Below are positions 1 to 13,045 of a stretch of DNA of 64,000 bases, in pieces. The position numbers and the translations under genes were made by a program. The notes under the pieces were generated by a model. That model searched no databases, had not been told where the DNA came from, and saw only the letters and a program-made list of their open reading frames with translations. Every line of letters begins with the position of its first letter. Within the stretch, counting starts at the first letter, position 1. The DNA lies in the NCBI RefSeq assembly GCF_049554935.1, contig NZ_CP186926.1:608001-672000 (forward strand), written 5' to 3'. Source of the stretch: Methanocaldococcus indicus. GTDB taxonomy: Archaea > AGJL01 > Methanococci > Methanococcales > Methanocaldococcaceae.

Positions 1-1883
1 TTTTCAATTTTCTTTAGTTCTTCTCTACTTATTCTTTTATAATGTGTTATATCTAACCTTGCTTTATCTACATCAACATCTGAACCAGCTTGCCAAATAT
101 GTTTTCCCAAAACTTCTCTTAAAGAGGCTAAAATTATATGGACTGAGGTATGATGTCTCATTAAACTCTCTCTTCTTTCCCAATCTATTACACCTTCTAC
201 TTCATCTCCTTCTTTTAAATCATCAATATCTTCAACCTTGTGTAAAACAGATTTTCCTGATTTTTGCACATCAACAACTCTATATTTTTTATTATCTTTT
301 ATTAAAAATCCTGTATCTGGTTTTTGTCCTCCTCCTTCTGGATAGAAAAGAGTTTTATCTAAAACTATATAGTTATCAATTATCTTTAAAATCTTTGCTT
401 TAAATTGTTTTTCTTTTGGATACTTATAAAATAGAAGCTCTGTTTCTAAATCTACTTTTGGTAATGTTTTTTCCTCTTTCTTTATGTCTTTTTGTTCATG
501 TCTCTCAGCTACAATAGTATAGAAGTTATCTGGAATCTCAATATCTTTATTGTATTTCTTTGCTATCTCTCTAACAATTTCAGGAGGTATTCCATGACTA
601 TCATACAACTCTATTAATTTATCTAAATCTATTTTATTGGATTTTAACAATCTCTTAACTAAGTTCTCTCCTCTTCTTAATGTTTCTCTATATCTCTTTT
701 CCTCAATTTCCAAAACTTCTTTTATATAATCTTCCATCTCCAAAAGTTCTGGATAGAGATTTTTTAATTTTTTAAGGTGCCATTCAACTAAATCATAGAG
801 TTCTAATGAAATATTTAACTTATCAAGATGTCTTAAACTTTTTCTTATTAACATTCTTGCTAAATATCCATCTTTAACATTTGAAGGAACTATGCCATCT
901 CCTAACATAAAAGCCAATGCTCTTGTGTGGTCTGAAAGAGCATAGATATTTTCATAAGGTTCTAATAAATTGTTGAGTTCTTCCACAGTTAAACCAACAT
1001 GCTTAGCTAATTCTGCTCTCAATTTTGATAAGTTATCTGCCTCAATCATTCCAGATAACTCTGTTATTTTTTGTAAGATTTCTTTATCTATATCCTTAAC
1101 ACCAGATTCTTTTTTCAATTTTTTTATTAAATCTTCAAATAAAGCATCATAAATAGTTTCTTTTCCAGTTGAAGCCCATACAAATCTCTCTATTCCATAA
1201 CCTGTATCAACAATTTTTAAAGGAATCTCTTTATATCCATTCCCTACTTTCTCATACTGCATAAATACAAGAGTAGCCAACTCAACACCATGAGTTAATA
1301 CCTCAAAACAAGGTCCGGCATTTCCTCCTCCTTCCCACCAACTTTCTATAAATGTTATTGATTTTTCATCAATTCCTAATTTTTTAAAGAAGTTAAAACA
1401 TAATTCAACTGTCTCATCTTTCCAGTAAATATAGTTATTTTCATAGTTAAAAGCATGATGTCCTCCCATAGTGAAGCATGTCAAATGCCTACCAGTTCTT
1501 CCTACATTATCTACATCAGTCAATCTAATACATGGTTGTGCTATAACCAATGGATTTGCCTTTGGTTTAACTAACCCCTTAGTAACCCATGGCTGAAATA
1601 CAGCTATAGAGGCAATTGTTAATAAAATATCATCTCTCCATCTCTTAGCAGTTACAGGAGCTCTTTTTATTGGTTTATGGCCATGTTCTTCAAAAAATTT
1701 TATAAATTCTTTAACCATTTCTTCATAAGTGTAAGGTTTCTTAGTTATTGGCTTTCCAATAAATGAATACTTATCACAAGGCACATCTCCACAAGTCTCT
1801 CTCTCCTCTAAGCTCCAAAAAGTTTTACCACACTTCTTACATTTTTGTTTTTTAAATCCCAACTCCTCAAAAAGCTTAATCAT
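1..1883 (-). CDS. alaS: Alanyl-tRNA synthetase, 5' part (runs off the window start; absent from the ORF track)
   Basis: Manual translation from ATG at 1883: [24 protein letters not shown]...CGDVPC...[21 protein letters not shown], later [13 protein letters not shown] and [13 protein letters not shown]; typical archaeal AlaRS. Confidence 0.95.
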   Translation of the reverse strand, partial: MIKLFEELGFKKQKCKKCGKTFWSLEERETCGDVPCDKYSFIGKPITKKPYTYEEMVKEFIKFFEEHGHKPIKRAPVTAKRWRDDILLTIASIAVFQPWVTKGLVKPKANPLVIAQPCIRLTDVDNVGRTGRHLTCFTMGGHHAFNYENNYIYWKDETVELCFNFFKKLGIDEKSITFIESWWEGGGNAGPCFEVLTHGVELATLVFMQYEKVGNGYKEIPLKIVDTGYGIERFVWASTGKETIYDALFEDLIKKLKKESGVKDIDKEILQKITELSGMIEADNLSKLRAELAKHVGLTVEELNNLLEPYENIYALSDHTRALAFMLGDGIVPSNVKDGYLARMLIRKSLRHLDKLNISLELYDLVEWHLKKLKNLYPELLEMEDYIKEVLEIEEKRYRETLRRGENLVKRLLKSNKIDLDKLIELYDSHGIPPEIVREIAKKYNKDIEIPDNFYTIVAERHEQKDIKKEEKTLPKVDLETELLFYKYPKEKQFKAKILKIIDNYIVLDKTLFYPEGGGQKPDTGFLIKDNKKYRVVDVQKSGKSVLHKVEDIDDLKEGDEVEGVIDWERRESLMRHHTSVHIILASLREVLGKHIWQAGSDVDVDKARLDITHYKRISREELKKIE

Positions 1884-1929
1884 TAAACCACCATAAAAAT
1901 TTATTTAAATTTTTAACTATTAAAATAAT

Positions 1930-2304
1930 TTATTGTTCTTTTTCTTCTAATTTAACAATTGCCTCAGCTATATCTCCATTACATTCTTCTAATGCTTTTC
2001 TTGCTTCTTCTTCTGAAACATTACATTGCTCAGCAACTAATTTAACATCTTCCTCACTAATCTCTAATTTAACTTCTTTTTCTTCTTCTTTAACTTTTTT
2101 ATGCTTTCCAGTTATAGAATATGTTTTAATTCCTAAAACATCCATAACTTGAACTTTTGGTTTTTCAAAAACCCATTTTTCACCATTTTTAAATATGAAT
2201 ATTACAGTATCAACATCTAAATCTTTTGCATTCATACCCATATCTTTCATCATTCTTTCCATTTTCTTTAACATTTTTGGATTTAATCTGCCTCCTGGAA
2301 ACAT
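1930..2304 (-). CDS. nac: Nascent polypeptide-associated complex protein
   Basis: MFPGGRLNPKM N-terminus, NAC domain, C-terminal UBA (ARKALEECNGDIAEAI). Confidence 0.93.
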   Translation of the reverse strand: MFPGGRLNPKMLKKMERMMKDMGMNAKDLDVDTVIFIFKNGEKWVFEKPKVQVMDVLGIKTYSITGKHKKVKEEEKEVKLEISEEDVKLVAEQCNVSEEEARKALEECNGDIAEAIVKLEEKEQ

Positions 2305-2613
2305 AGTATCCCCCTATTAATTTTTTTATTTTTAACTAAATTTTAAAGAAATAATATTAATAAATATTATTAAAGGTTATGTTTAGGAAATTTCATTTAA
2401 TATTGTTTTATATAAATATGTTAATATTTTGTAAATATTTTTATAAAATAATGTTTAGAAAACGCAAAAGAATTTATTCAATGAAGAGCAATAAGATACT
2501 AAAACAAATAAATAAAATCAAGCTATAAAAAAAAATTACACAGTCCAATAATTATAATTTTATATTGTACTTTCTAATTATTTGTTAAGATTTTTAGAAT
2601 TTTTGGTGAAAAT

Positions 2614-3282
2614 ATGGATGTTGCTGTTCTCTATTCTGGTGGAAAAGATTCAAACTATGCATTATATTGGGCTATAAAAGAAGGATTTAATGTCAAATAT
2701 TTGGTTAATGTAGAAAGTGAAAATAAAGAGAGCTATATGTTCCATATTCCTAATGTGCATTTAACTGAGTTAAGTGCAAAAGCAGCTGAAATTCCATTAG
2801 TTAAGATATATACAAAAGGAGAGAAAGAGAAAGAAGTTGAAGATTTAAAAGAAGGTTTGAAAGAGTTGGATGTTGATGGAATAGTGACAGGAGCAATAGC
2901 AAGTAGATATCAAAAAGAGAGAATAGATAGAGTTTGTAAAGAGTTAAATATAAAAAGTTTTTCTCCATTGTGGCAAAAAAATCCTGAATGGATTTTAAGA
3001 ACTGTCTCTGAGCTGTTTGATGTAATTATTGTAGGAGTTTATGCTTATGGCTTAGGAAAGGAATGGTTAGGTAAGAGAATAGACAAAAATAACATAGATA
3101 AATTATTAAAAATTTGTGAAAAGTATGGAATACATAAAGCATTTGAAGGTGGAGAAGCTGAAACTTTTGTATTAGATTCTCCTGTATTTAAAAAAAGAAT
3201 TGTAATTGAAGAGAGTGAAATAGAGTGGCATGACTATTGGGGAATATATCATATAAAGAAGGCTAAATTAGTGGAAAAATGA
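2614..3282 (+). CDS. Diphthine-ammonia ligase family ATP pyrophosphatase (Dph6-like)
   Basis: PP-loop SGGKDS, SYMFH, EGGEAET. Confidence 0.88.
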   Translation: MDVAVLYSGGKDSNYALYWAIKEGFNVKYLVNVESENKESYMFHIPNVHLTELSAKAAEIPLVKIYTKGEKEKEVEDLKEGLKELDVDGIVTGAIASRYQKERIDRVCKELNIKSFSPLWQKNPEWILRTVSELFDVIIVGVYAYGLGKEWLGKRIDKNNIDKLLKICEKYGIHKAFEGGEAETFVLDSPVFKKRIVIEESEIEWHDYWGIYHIKKAKLVEK

Positions 3283-4871
3283 AGACAGATGTTTTAATAA
3301 TTGGTGGTGGAGGAGCTGCTTTAAGAGCTGCTATAGAATGTAAAGGGATGGATGTTGTTATAGCTACTAAAGGGCTATTAGGAAAGAGTGGCTGCACAGT
3401 TATGGCAGAAGGAGGATACAATGCAGTTTTTAAGAAAGAGGATAGTTTTAAAAAACATTTTTATGACACTGTTAAAGGGGGAAGATTTATAAACAATCCT
3501 AAATTAGTAGAGATTTTAGTTAAAAATGCTCCAAAGGAGCTAATAAACTTAGAAAAATTTGGAGCTCTTTTTGATAGAATTAATAAGGATATAGCTCAAA
3601 GACCATTTGGTGGGCAAAGTTTTAATAGAACTTGTTATTCAGGAGATAGAACAGGGCATGAAATTATTTCCTCTCTATTAGAATATCTTTCAAAGTATAA
3701 TAGAGTTAAAATTTTAGAGGATGTTATGGCCGTAAAGTTAATAGTTAAGAATAATAGATGTTATGGAGCTATCTTTTTAGATTTAATTAATGAAAAAATT
3801 TTTCCTATTTTTGCAAAATCAACTATTTTAGCAACAGGTGGAGCTGGACAAATATATAAAGTAACATCAAATCCAATACATAAGACAGGAGATGGATTTG
3901 CATTAGCTTATGATGTTGGAGTTGAATTAATAGATATGGAGATGGTTCAATTTCATCCTACTGGTATAGCAAATAAAGGTATTTTAGTTACAGAAGCTGT
4001 TAGAGGAGAAGGAGGGATTTTATTAAATAGATTTAATGAAAGATTTATGGTTAAGTATGATAAAGAGAGATTAGAGCTATCAACAAGAGATGTTGTAGCA
4101 AGAGCAATATATAAAGAGATTATGGAAGGTAGAGGTGTTAATGGAGGAGTTTATTTAGATGTTACACATCTTCCTAAGGAAGTTATAGAAAAGAGATTAG
4201 AAACTACATTTAAGCAATTTTTGAGGTTGGGAATAGATATAAGAAAAGAGAAAATGATTGTTTCACCAACTGCTCATCATTTTATGGGTGGAATTAAGAT
4301 AGATGAATACTGTAAAACTAATATAGATGGTTTATTTGCTTGTGGAGAAGTTTGTGGAGGAATACATGGAGCTAATAGATTAGGAGGAAATGCATTGGCA
4401 GATACACAAGTATTTGGAGCAATAGCTGGAAGAGAAGCTAAAAAATTTGCTGAGGAGAATGAGTTTGATATAATAGATGTTAATTTAGATAAGATATATG
4501 TTGAATTGGATGGAGAATTTAATCTATTAAAATTGATTGATAAACTTAAAGAGATAATGTGGAAATATGTTTCTATAATTAGAAGTGAAGAATCCTTAAA
4601 AAGAGCTTATAATGAAATAGAAGAATTAGAAAATAAAATTAATAATTGTTATGGGCCTCTACAAAAATTTTATGAGCTAAAAAATATGATAACTGTAAGT
4701 AAGTTGGTTATAAAATCTGCTTTATATAGGGAAGAGAGTAGAGGAGCACATTATAGAGAGGATTATCCAGAAGAAAGAGAAGAATGGAGAGGAAATATAA
4801 TTATTAGAGAAAATAAAATAACATTTAAAAAAGTAGATTATGATGTTGAAGAATATTTAAAATCTATTTAA
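3279..4871 (+). CDS. tfrA: Thiol:fumarate reductase flavoprotein subunit A
   Basis: GGGGA FAD motif, [34 protein letters not shown]; the covalent-FAD His position is Cys ([10 protein letters not shown]). Confidence 0.88.
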   Translation: MKTDVLIIGGGGAALRAAIECKGMDVVIATKGLLGKSGCTVMAEGGYNAVFKKEDSFKKHFYDTVKGGRFINNPKLVEILVKNAPKELINLEKFGALFDRINKDIAQRPFGGQSFNRTCYSGDRTGHEIISSLLEYLSKYNRVKILEDVMAVKLIVKNNRCYGAIFLDLINEKIFPIFAKSTILATGGAGQIYKVTSNPIHKTGDGFALAYDVGVELIDMEMVQFHPTGIANKGILVTEAVRGEGGILLNRFNERFMVKYDKERLELSTRDVVARAIYKEIMEGRGVNGGVYLDVTHLPKEVIEKRLETTFKQFLRLGIDIRKEKMIVSPTAHHFMGGIKIDEYCKTNIDGLFACGEVCGGIHGANRLGGNALADTQVFGAIAGREAKKFAEENEFDIIDVNLDKIYVELDGEFNLLKLIDKLKEIMWKYVSIIRSEESLKRAYNEIEELENKINNCYGPLQKFYELKNMITVSKLVIKSALYREESRGAHYREDYPEEREEWRGNIIIRENKITFKKVDYDVEEYLKSI

Positions 4872-5904
4872 TTCCTAATGCTTTATTTGTTTTTTCTATT
4901 GACTTAAAGTTATCCTCTTCTAATTGGAGCATAGCTCTTATACAGTCAATATTTTCAGGAACTACAATACTCTCTTGATGGACAGCTTGCATTAAAAATA
5001 ACTCATTTTCAACAATATTTACACTCTCTTTCCATATTACTAATTCAGGTATATCATATCTCTCTCTACCTAAGTCTCTTCCATACTCTATAATTTGAGC
5101 TGTTGATGTGAAACCATCTTCATAACTTACTGTTATTACTCTTGGAGTTTTCTCTATACTGTCTAATATATCATCTACATTAACACTTTTTTCTAACTCA
5201 ACCATTAATGTATGTTGATGCATTAAAGTTGTAGGAACAATTAAAGCTGATGTTAATACTTTTCCTTCAAATTCTGGGATAACTGAGATAACATCTGGAC
5301 CATGGTGAGATGGAACTGTAACAGGATTTGGTTTTATTGCATTTACTGGGCCGGTTTTGTCATCATTTGGGTCTGCTGCTCTCCTAACTAAAACAATTCT
5401 TGCCTTTTTTATTTCACTTACATTGTTTATGAAATAAAATGCTCTACATAATCCTGTTGTATTACATGAGACAACTCTGATATAATCTTTTCCAAAACAT
5501 CTGTTATAACTCCACAAAGCATTAAAATTATCTTCTACATCTTTTGCTTTTTCCCCACCTTGTAAGATAGCTTTAACTTTGTAAGGTTTATATATCTCTT
5601 CCAAATTCTTCTTACCTACTTTTTTAGGAGCTCCATCTACTACTATATCAGCTTCCTCAATAACATCTAAAATAGTTCCTTCAACAGGAATTCCTTTTTC
5701 TTCAAATAACTTTAATCTCTCTTTATCTGGAATTGCACAATATAATTTATATCCTTTTTCTACTGCTAACTTTGCCTCAAAATCTGGCTTTGTTTTTGTA
5801 ACTCCTAAAACTTCCATATCTTTCTGCTTACTTACAGCATCTGCTACTCTCTTACCAATTGAACCATATCCATTTATTAACACTTTAACTGTCATTTTTC
5901 TCAC
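4864..5904 (-). CDS. gap: Glyceraldehyde-3-phosphate dehydrogenase, archaeal type II
   Basis: [34 protein letters not shown]. Confidence 0.96.
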   Translation of the reverse strand: MRKMTVKVLINGYGSIGKRVADAVSKQKDMEVLGVTKTKPDFEAKLAVEKGYKLYCAIPDKERLKLFEEKGIPVEGTILDVIEEADIVVDGAPKKVGKKNLEEIYKPYKVKAILQGGEKAKDVEDNFNALWSYNRCFGKDYIRVVSCNTTGLCRAFYFINNVSEIKKARIVLVRRAADPNDDKTGPVNAIKPNPVTVPSHHGPDVISVIPEFEGKVLTSALIVPTTLMHQHTLMVELEKSVNVDDILDSIEKTPRVITVSYEDGFTSTAQIIEYGRDLGRERYDIPELVIWKESVNIVENELFLMQAVHQESIVVPENIDCIRAMLQLEEDNFKSIEKTNKALGIK

Positions 5905-5906
5905 CT

Positions 5907-7163
5907 TTATTCATTATCATGTATTTTTAAAACATCTAACTTCTTACATATACATTTTTTGTTTAAAATAGATGAAACTGATGGCTTAGTTCTACCTTCA
6001 TCTCCACTTATAAGCTCTTTTATATATAAACCACCATCACAAAATATCTCCAATTCTAAGGATTTATCATTTAATTTTTTAGCTTTTACATTATAAACTT
6101 TTCTAACTCTTTCTAAATCAGCTCTTCTATGCAATACTCTTCTTGGAGTTCTTTGATATATTACTCTATTTTTTAATTCCTCTTCTATCTTTTTTATATC
6201 TTCCTCATTAACATTTTCTTCACATTCTACAATAGCCCTATATGTTTTTTTGTGAGGTGTATTTTTAAATAAAACTTTGTCTTTTCTTTCTCCAAATTCT
6301 AAGTTTAATACTTCAACTCTTCCATCTTTATTAATTAGTTTTTCAATTTCTTTTAAGTTTAACTTCCTTTTTTTAGGTTCTTTAATCTCAATAACAAAAG
6401 GTCTTCCATTTCCAAGCATTCTCACATCTATATCTTCTCTTCCAGCACCATGAAATCTATAATCTAAACCATTAGCAAATTTTAAAACAACATCCCCAAT
6501 TATCTGCTCTACTGATGTAGGATACTTCTTACCTGTATAGTTACAGTATTTACAACCTCTACCTCTACAATAAGAGCATAACCATCTTGTTTGTGGTATT
6601 CCTCTAACTAACTTTCTATATCTCCCTTTTATAAAAAGAGGATTAATTTGGAGAGTTACTTTTTCATCATAAGGATTTATATGTATTACTATATCTGGCT
6701 TCTCCCTATCTGGTTTTTTACCAATATGTTTAGCTAAAAACTTACCAAACTCTCTTCCAAACTCTTGTTTAATACTTTCCATGTAACTATATTTCTCTGT
6801 TAGTTGTGTTTCTAAATCTTTTACATCATCTGGAAGATGAGTCCCTACTAAAAAAGTGTCAAATTCATAATCTTTTATTAGTTCAATAACTTTGTTTAAA
6901 AGTTTTTTAAATTTTTCTTCATTAAATATCCCTTTACACCAAACACATTCCTCTTCTGAATATCCTTTTTTTAATATCTCCAAAAGTTCTTTTTCATCTT
7001 CACTTATTTTATTCTCTTTTAGATTTTTTTCTAATTCTAATGCCTTAGCTATTCTTAAACTCTTTCCCCTCTCTACATTTGAAAGATGTAAAAGCTTTCC
7101 ATACAATCTACCTATACATCTATCACACAGTTTATAATCTTTTAAAATTTCTAAGTTAAACAT
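5907..7163 (-). CDS. pus10: tRNA pseudouridine(54/55) synthase Pus10
   Basis: N-terminal CxxC, THUMP-like region, [25 protein letters not shown]. Confidence 0.95.
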   Translation of the reverse strand: MFNLEILKDYKLCDRCIGRLYGKLLHLSNVERGKSLRIAKALELEKNLKENKISEDEKELLEILKKGYSEEECVWCKGIFNEEKFKKLLNKVIELIKDYEFDTFLVGTHLPDDVKDLETQLTEKYSYMESIKQEFGREFGKFLAKHIGKKPDREKPDIVIHINPYDEKVTLQINPLFIKGRYRKLVRGIPQTRWLCSYCRGRGCKYCNYTGKKYPTSVEQIIGDVVLKFANGLDYRFHGAGREDIDVRMLGNGRPFVIEIKEPKKRKLNLKEIEKLINKDGRVEVLNLEFGERKDKVLFKNTPHKKTYRAIVECEENVNEEDIKKIEEELKNRVIYQRTPRRVLHRRADLERVRKVYNVKAKKLNDKSLELEIFCDGGLYIKELISGDEGRTKPSVSSILNKKCICKKLDVLKIHDNE

Positions 7164-7166
7164 ATT

Positions 7167-8030
7167 TTATCCCATTCTTAATTTGTATTTTAGTCCAATA
7201 TATCCCCCAATATCCAATAAAATGATGTTTATAATTAACAGAATGAAGGTTATATAAATCAAATGCAAATCCAGAGTTGCTAAGGACATTCCCATTAATA
7301 GAGCTGGGATTAATATTGAGACATCAATTGTTACTCCAATTATTTCATACTCCTTTCCACATGCAATACTCATTCCTCCTGAAATGCCTGCAATAATAGC
7401 TACAATAGCACTTAATATTATGGATGTCTCTGAAAGATATTCTAAAACTAACTTCTTTGAAACAAAAAACAAACTTGGAATAAATGCACATAATATAACA
7501 ACACCAGAGCAAATTAACTCTTTTTTCATTCCTTTAATAAATAAATCTCTATCTCCTAAAACTGTTCCTATAGCACTGCCCATAACTGTATCAACTAAAG
7601 GAGCTATAATCATAGCTCCAATTAATGTAGGAATGTTATGCTCAATCAACCCAATAACTCCCATTATACTTGCCAATACAACTTTAATTAAGACATTGTT
7701 AGTTATTTTAACCATAGTTTTTGCTTTATAATACAGTTCCAAAGGTGATAGTGTAGTTGAAGATATTCCCTCCTCTCTACATGAAAATGTTATATTTGCT
7801 GGCATTATTGTAACACTTCCATATCCTTTTTCTCCCAAACCTAATTTTTTTAATTCTAAAACTATTTTTTCAGCATCTTTTGCTTTTGCATTGCAAGTAA
7901 TGATAATTCCATCTTCAATAGATGTTTTTAATGGTTCAATTATTGATATTGAGTAAGCATTATTCTTTTTTAGGATTTCTTCAACAGTATTTAGAAATTT
8001 TTTTGGAATTATAATTTTCATGTATCTCAT
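7167..8030 (-). CDS. TIGR00341/DUF389 family membrane protein
   Basis: IGAMIIAPL motif and multiple TM helices; start moved to ATG 8030, which follows a GGTGA RBS (track start 8099 overlaps bioA). Confidence 0.82.
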   Translation of the reverse strand: MRYMKIIIPKKFLNTVEEILKKNNAYSISIIEPLKTSIEDGIIITCNAKAKDAEKIVLELKKLGLGEKGYGSVTIMPANITFSCREEGISSTTLSPLELYYKAKTMVKITNNVLIKVVLASIMGVIGLIEHNIPTLIGAMIIAPLVDTVMGSAIGTVLGDRDLFIKGMKKELICSGVVILCAFIPSLFFVSKKLVLEYLSETSIILSAIVAIIAGISGGMSIACGKEYEIIGVTIDVSILIPALLMGMSLATLDLHLIYITFILLIINIILLDIGGYIGLKYKLRMG

Positions 8031-8056
8031 TGTTTTCACCAAGAATAAACAAATAT

Positions 8057-9427
8057 TTAACCTAATGCTTCTTTTATACTCTCTTTTAAAGATTTGCATA
8101 AATACTCTATTTCTTCCTCAGTTATTGTATATGGAGGATTTATAATGACAACATTTCCAATTGGTCTCATATATATTCCTCTTTTTAAGAGAGATTTTGC
8201 TACTCTAAATCCTGCCTTATATCCATATTCGTACTCTTCCTTAGTTTCTTTATCTTTAACTAACTCAATCCCAATCATAAAGCCCTTTCCTCTAACATCT
8301 CCAACTTTATCCAAATCTTTTAGCTCTCTAATTAATTCATTCAGTAGTTTTATTTTCTTTTTGTTTTTTTCTAAGATGTTCTCTTCTTTAAAAATCTCCA
8401 ATGTTGCTAAACTTGCAGAACATGCCAACTGATTTCCTGTATATGTGTGCCCATGATAAAAATGCTTAGCTTCTCCATAATCTCCTAAAAACTCATTAAA
8501 TATTTTATCTGTTGTTAATGTTGCAGCTAATGGTAAATAACCTCCTGTTATTCCCTTTCCCAAACATAAAATATCTGGTTTTTTGTATTTCTCTAAAATC
8601 TCTGAGTAAAACATTCTACCAGTTCTTCCAAAGCCAGTAGCAACTTCATCAACTATAAATGTTATATCCTCTTCTTTACATTTCTTAGCTACCTCTTTCA
8701 TATATTCATCTGGAAATGGTATCATTCCAGCAGCTCCTCTAATTCCTCCCTCTAAAATCAAACAAAATACTTCATCTTTCTTCTCTTCAATAGTTTTTAA
8801 CATCTCCTCTAAACATCTTAAATCACAACCTTTCTCAAATCTCTCATCAGTATCTTTGAAATTATTATATTTACATCTATAACAGTATGGTGCATAAACA
8901 TGATACCCCTTAAATAATAAAGGTTTAAAAATTCCATGGAAAAGTTTTGAGCCACCAACAGACATAGCTCCAACAGTATCTCCATGATAACCTTCATCAA
9001 CAGATATAAATTTATCTCTTTTCTCACCTTTTAGATAATGATACTGATAGGCAATTTTAACAGCAATCTCAACTGCCTCTGCTCCATCCTCTGAATAAAA
9101 GACTTTTGTTAAATGTTTAGGAGTTATATCAATAAGTTTTTTAGCTAATAAAATAGATGGAACATTTCCAGAACCTAAAAGAGTTGAATGACAAATTTTT
9201 TCTGCTTGATTTTTTATAGCATTTATTATTTTTTTATTACTATGTCCAAACAAGTTACACCATATGGATGAGACAGCATCTAAATATTTATTTCCATATA
9301 TATCAATTAAATAATTTCCTTCTCCTCTCTCAATGATTAAATTATCCTCTTCCATATAATCCTTCATTTGTGTATATGGATGCCAGATTAGTGTTTTATC
9401 CCAAATTTCTAAAAGTTTTTTGTTCAT
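8057..9427 (-). CDS. bioA: Adenosylmethionine-8-amino-7-oxononanoate transaminase
   Basis: [48 protein letters not shown]. Confidence 0.95.
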   Translation of the reverse strand: MNKKLLEIWDKTLIWHPYTQMKDYMEEDNLIIERGEGNYLIDIYGNKYLDAVSSIWCNLFGHSNKKIINAIKNQAEKICHSTLLGSGNVPSILLAKKLIDITPKHLTKVFYSEDGAEAVEIAVKIAYQYHYLKGEKRDKFISVDEGYHGDTVGAMSVGGSKLFHGIFKPLLFKGYHVYAPYCYRCKYNNFKDTDERFEKGCDLRCLEEMLKTIEEKKDEVFCLILEGGIRGAAGMIPFPDEYMKEVAKKCKEEDITFIVDEVATGFGRTGRMFYSEILEKYKKPDILCLGKGITGGYLPLAATLTTDKIFNEFLGDYGEAKHFYHGHTYTGNQLACSASLATLEIFKEENILEKNKKKIKLLNELIRELKDLDKVGDVRGKGFMIGIELVKDKETKEEYEYGYKAGFRVAKSLLKRGIYMRPIGNVVIINPPYTITEEEIEYLCKSLKESIKEALG

Positions 9428-9517
9428 TTATCTTCACCTTATATACTATCCAATTAAAAATAAATATAACCTAATCCTATTTTTTAATATCTATCAAAGA
9501 TTAAAAAGTGATGTGGC

Positions 9518-10771
9518 ATGGACAGCTTTATACAAAATCTATTTGCTGAGAGGATAGGTGGAAAAAAATTTGGGAAGGAAGAGGTTATTTATAAATTTGA
9601 GAAAATAAAAAGAGCTAAAAAAGAAGCTATGGAAAAACATCCTAATGTTGAATTAATAGATATGGGAGTTGGAGAACCAGATGAAATGGCAGATAAAGAA
9701 GTTATAGAAGTTCTATATAGAGAAGCTCAAAAATGGGAAAATAGAGGTTATGCTGACAATGGAATTCAAGAGTTAAAAGATGCTGTTCCAGAATATATGG
9801 AGAAAGTTTATGGAGTCAAAGATATAGACCCTGTTAATGAAGTTATACACTCTATTGGTTCAAAATCAGCTTTAGCCTATTTACCTTCAGCCTTTATAAA
9901 TCCAGGAGATGTTATGCTAATGACAGTTCCTGGATACCCTGTTATGGCTACTCACTCTGAGTGGTATGGAGGAGAAGTTTATAAACTTCCTTTATTAGAA
10001 GAGAACAACTTTCTTCCAGATTTAGAAAGTATTCCAAAAGATATTTTAGAAAGAGCTAAACTTCTATATTTAAATTATCCAAACAATCCAACAGGTGCTC
10101 AGGCAACTAAAAAATTCTATAAAGAGGTTGTAGATTTTGCATTTGAAAATGAGATAATTGTTGTCAATGATGCTGCTTATGGAGCATTAGTTTATGATGG
10201 AAAACCTCTTTCATTCTTATCAGTTAAAGATGCCAAAGATGTTGGAATAGAGATTCATAGCTTTTCAAAAGCATACAATATGACAGGTTGGAGATTAGCT
10301 TTTTTAGTTGGTAATGAACTAATTATTAAAGCTTTTGCAACAGTTAAGGACAATTTTGATTCAGGGCAATTTATTCCAATTCAAAAAGCTGGAATTTATT
10401 GTTTAAAGCATCCTGAAATAACTGAAAGAATTAGACAAAAGTATGAAAGAAGATTAAGAAAGATGGTAAAAATCCTTAATGAAGTTGGATTTAATGCTAA
10501 AATGCCAGGAGGAACCTTCTATTTATATGTAAAATCTCCAAAAAAAGCTAATGGTATTGAATTTAAAACAGCAGAAGACTTTTCACAATATTTAATAAAG
10601 GAAAAGTTAATTTCAACAGTCCCATGGGATGATGCAGGAGCTTATTTAAGATTAGCTGCATGTTTTGTAGCAAGAGATGAGAATGGTAATCCTACAACAG
10701 AAGAGAAGTATGAAGATTTATTATTAGAAGAGTTTAAAAGAAGATTAGAAGATTTAGAATTAGAATTTTAA
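9518..10771 (+). CDS. dapL: LL-diaminopimelate aminotransferase
   Basis: Class I PLP motifs NYPNNPTG and SFSKAYNMTGWR; N-terminus FAERIGG..IYKFEKIKRAK typical of methanococcal DapL. Confidence 0.85.
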   Translation: MDSFIQNLFAERIGGKKFGKEEVIYKFEKIKRAKKEAMEKHPNVELIDMGVGEPDEMADKEVIEVLYREAQKWENRGYADNGIQELKDAVPEYMEKVYGVKDIDPVNEVIHSIGSKSALAYLPSAFINPGDVMLMTVPGYPVMATHSEWYGGEVYKLPLLEENNFLPDLESIPKDILERAKLLYLNYPNNPTGAQATKKFYKEVVDFAFENEIIVVNDAAYGALVYDGKPLSFLSVKDAKDVGIEIHSFSKAYNMTGWRLAFLVGNELIIKAFATVKDNFDSGQFIPIQKAGIYCLKHPEITERIRQKYERRLRKMVKILNEVGFNAKMPGGTFYLYVKSPKKANGIEFKTAEDFSQYLIKEKLISTVPWDDAGAYLRLAACFVARDENGNPTTEEKYEDLLLEEFKRRLEDLELEF

Positions 10772-11193
10772 AGTTCAAAAGGATTATCTTCTACATTAAC
10801 ATTATTTTTCTTTAACCAAAATCCAAATTTTTTATCACATCTCTTTATATGACTCTCCAACCATCCAATTAAAAAAGATACAACTCTCATTAGTTCTTTA
10901 TCATCTTTTTTGATTTTATCTAATTCTCTTATCATTATATTTACAAAGATATCATGTATTTTTTTGTGATTTTCATAATCAGGATAGTTATGAAGTTCCA
11001 TATACTTTTCTTCATGCTTGAAATGTTTATCTGCATAAAAAATAATATGATTTATAAGAATATTTTTAGCTTCATCTTTTTTATTATTTAAAATTAAACT
11101 AAAAACATTATTGACAGTTTCAAGTAAAAATTTATGCTCTTCATCAAAAGTTTTTATATTCATTTCATACTCCTCACTCCACTTTAAATACAT
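10768..11193 (-). CDS. Single-domain hemerythrin
   Basis: W..EY...DEEH, HFKHEE, HKKIH, WLESHIKRCD di-iron ligands. Confidence 0.92.
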   Translation of the reverse strand: MYLKWSEEYEMNIKTFDEEHKFLLETVNNVFSLILNNKKDEAKNILINHIIFYADKHFKHEEKYMELHNYPDYENHKKIHDIFVNIMIRELDKIKKDDKELMRVVSFLIGWLESHIKRCDKKFGFWLKKNNVNVEDNPFEL

Positions 11194-11390
11194 CTATATT
11201 TCACCTCTATTAACTTAACATTACTAAAATTTATTTTATAATATTTAAAGAAAAATTTAAATCTTTTGTAATACTAAAATGTAGAATATCACTATTATTT
11301 ACATTATTATTATAACATTTTTATTATTATTTAGTATAGATTCTGCAGATTAGTAATATGCCCAATATAAAAAAATTAAAAAATTTTATT

Positions 11391-12500
11391 CTATTCAATA
11401 TATTCCATAATTCTTTCTAATCCTTCTTTAATTCTCTCATACTTATTAGAGTAGCTTATTCTAATATTATATTTGCATCCAAACTCTTCTCCAGGAGACA
11501 AGGCAACATACTTTTTATTTAAAAGTTCTTCACAGAACTTTTTCCCATCTCTACCAATATATGGAAATACATAAAATGCCCCAACTGGATTACCAACTTT
11601 CCAATTAAACTCTTTCATATACTTTAAAACCAATCTTCTCCTCCTATCAAATTCTTTAATCATCTCTTTAACATATTTTTCAGTTTCAGAAGAAAAAGCT
11701 TTTAATGCTGCAAACTGTGAAATTGTTGGAGCTGAAATAAAAAAGTTCTGTTGTAATTTTAAGCAACTATCTATTATCTCACTATTTGATATTAGATATC
11801 CTAACCTCCAACCAGTCATTGAATAAAGCTTAGAGAATCCATTTATTAAAATAGTTTTTTCTAAATTTTCATCAAATTCAATAGCTGAAAAACAGTTTCC
11901 TTCATAAACTAATCCATTATATATTTCATCAGAAACAACATAAGGAATTTCATCATAAGCAAATTTATAAATTTCCTTTTCTAAAACTTCACCAGTAGGA
12001 TTTGAGGGAGAATTTAAAATAATTGCTTTTGTTTTTTTATTTACTTTCTTTTCCAATTCTTCCAAATTTTTAAAATATATTGGCTTAGCTCCTAAAAATC
12101 TAATGAAATTTTTATAGCATGGATAAGTAGGAAGTTTTATTAAAACTTCATCACCTTCATCTAAAATAGATGATAAAGCAAAAAATAAAGCTAAGGATGA
12201 GCCACCAGTAATAATAATGTTGTTAATATCTACATCAATATTGTACTCTAAAAAATATTTATTTGCTATCTTTTCTCTTAGTTCAACTATTCCTCTACTA
12301 TCAGTATAGTGTGTTTTATTCTCTTTTAATGCATTAATTCCTTCATCTAAAATAGGTTTTGGTGTTGGAAAATCTGGCTCACCAATCTCTAAATGTATAA
12401 CATCCTTACCTTCTCTTTCTAAATTTTGAGCCTTAGAAAGAATGTCCATAATTTCAAAATTATCAAAATTTAATAATCTCTTAGCTACCATAGTTATCAT
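11391..12500 (-). CDS. mfnC: Class I aminotransferase, probable (5-formylfuran-3-yl)methyl phosphate transaminase (methanofuran synthesis)
   Basis: NSPSNPTG, GFSKLYSMTGWRLG; closely resembles M. jannaschii MJ0684 as recalled. Confidence 0.78.
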   Translation of the reverse strand: MITMVAKRLLNFDNFEIMDILSKAQNLEREGKDVIHLEIGEPDFPTPKPILDEGINALKENKTHYTDSRGIVELREKIANKYFLEYNIDVDINNIIITGGSSLALFFALSSILDEGDEVLIKLPTYPCYKNFIRFLGAKPIYFKNLEELEKKVNKKTKAIILNSPSNPTGEVLEKEIYKFAYDEIPYVVSDEIYNGLVYEGNCFSAIEFDENLEKTILINGFSKLYSMTGWRLGYLISNSEIIDSCLKLQQNFFISAPTISQFAALKAFSSETEKYVKEMIKEFDRRRRLVLKYMKEFNWKVGNPVGAFYVFPYIGRDGKKFCEELLNKKYVALSPGEEFGCKYNIRISYSNKYERIKEGLERIMEYIE

Positions 12501-12529
12501 TTAAAAAATTAAAATTTAAATTTAAAAAT

Positions 12530-12991
12530 TTATAAAGTGTAATCTAAAACTTTCTTAGCTTCTTCTATATGTTCTCTTCTAATTCTTTCTATGTCTTCAT
12601 GTAGAGCTTTAATAACTCTCCCTAAAATTATAAATATTGTTCCGGTTATAAGTGGAAGATTATCAACTACATTATCCTCTAATGGTAAATCTCCAGGAAT
12701 TTTTTTCATAACAAACTCTTTAATTTTATCAGCTAAGATTTTTTCTTCTTCTATAACTTCTCTAAATAATTCCATAGAACTTAACATACCTTTTGTAAGA
12801 GGAATATGTCTCATTAAAATCATTTTAGCATTTTCAGCTTTTGCATTTTTATGTGCAATTTCAAATAAATCTGCTACTTTTTTCTCAACTATATCCATCA
12901 TATCTTCAGCTTCTGTCTTATACAAATCTACTTCACATGTAACATTCATTAACTTTTTTAATTGTGGATATGGTATTATCATCTCAGCCAT
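12530..12991 (-). CDS. DUF1931 family tandem histone-fold protein
   Basis: About 150 aa all-helical; [26 protein letters not shown] pattern and C-terminal [10 protein letters not shown] histone-like motif. Confidence 0.75.
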   Translation of the reverse strand: MAEMIIPYPQLKKLMNVTCEVDLYKTEAEDMMDIVEKKVADLFEIAHKNAKAENAKMILMRHIPLTKGMLSSMELFREVIEEEKILADKIKEFVMKKIPGDLPLEDNVVDNLPLITGTIFIILGRVIKALHEDIERIRREHIEEAKKVLDYTL

Positions 12992-13045
12992 AGTATCCCC
13001 TCATAATCACTATTTTTTGATGATTTTTAAAAATATAAAAAAGGA

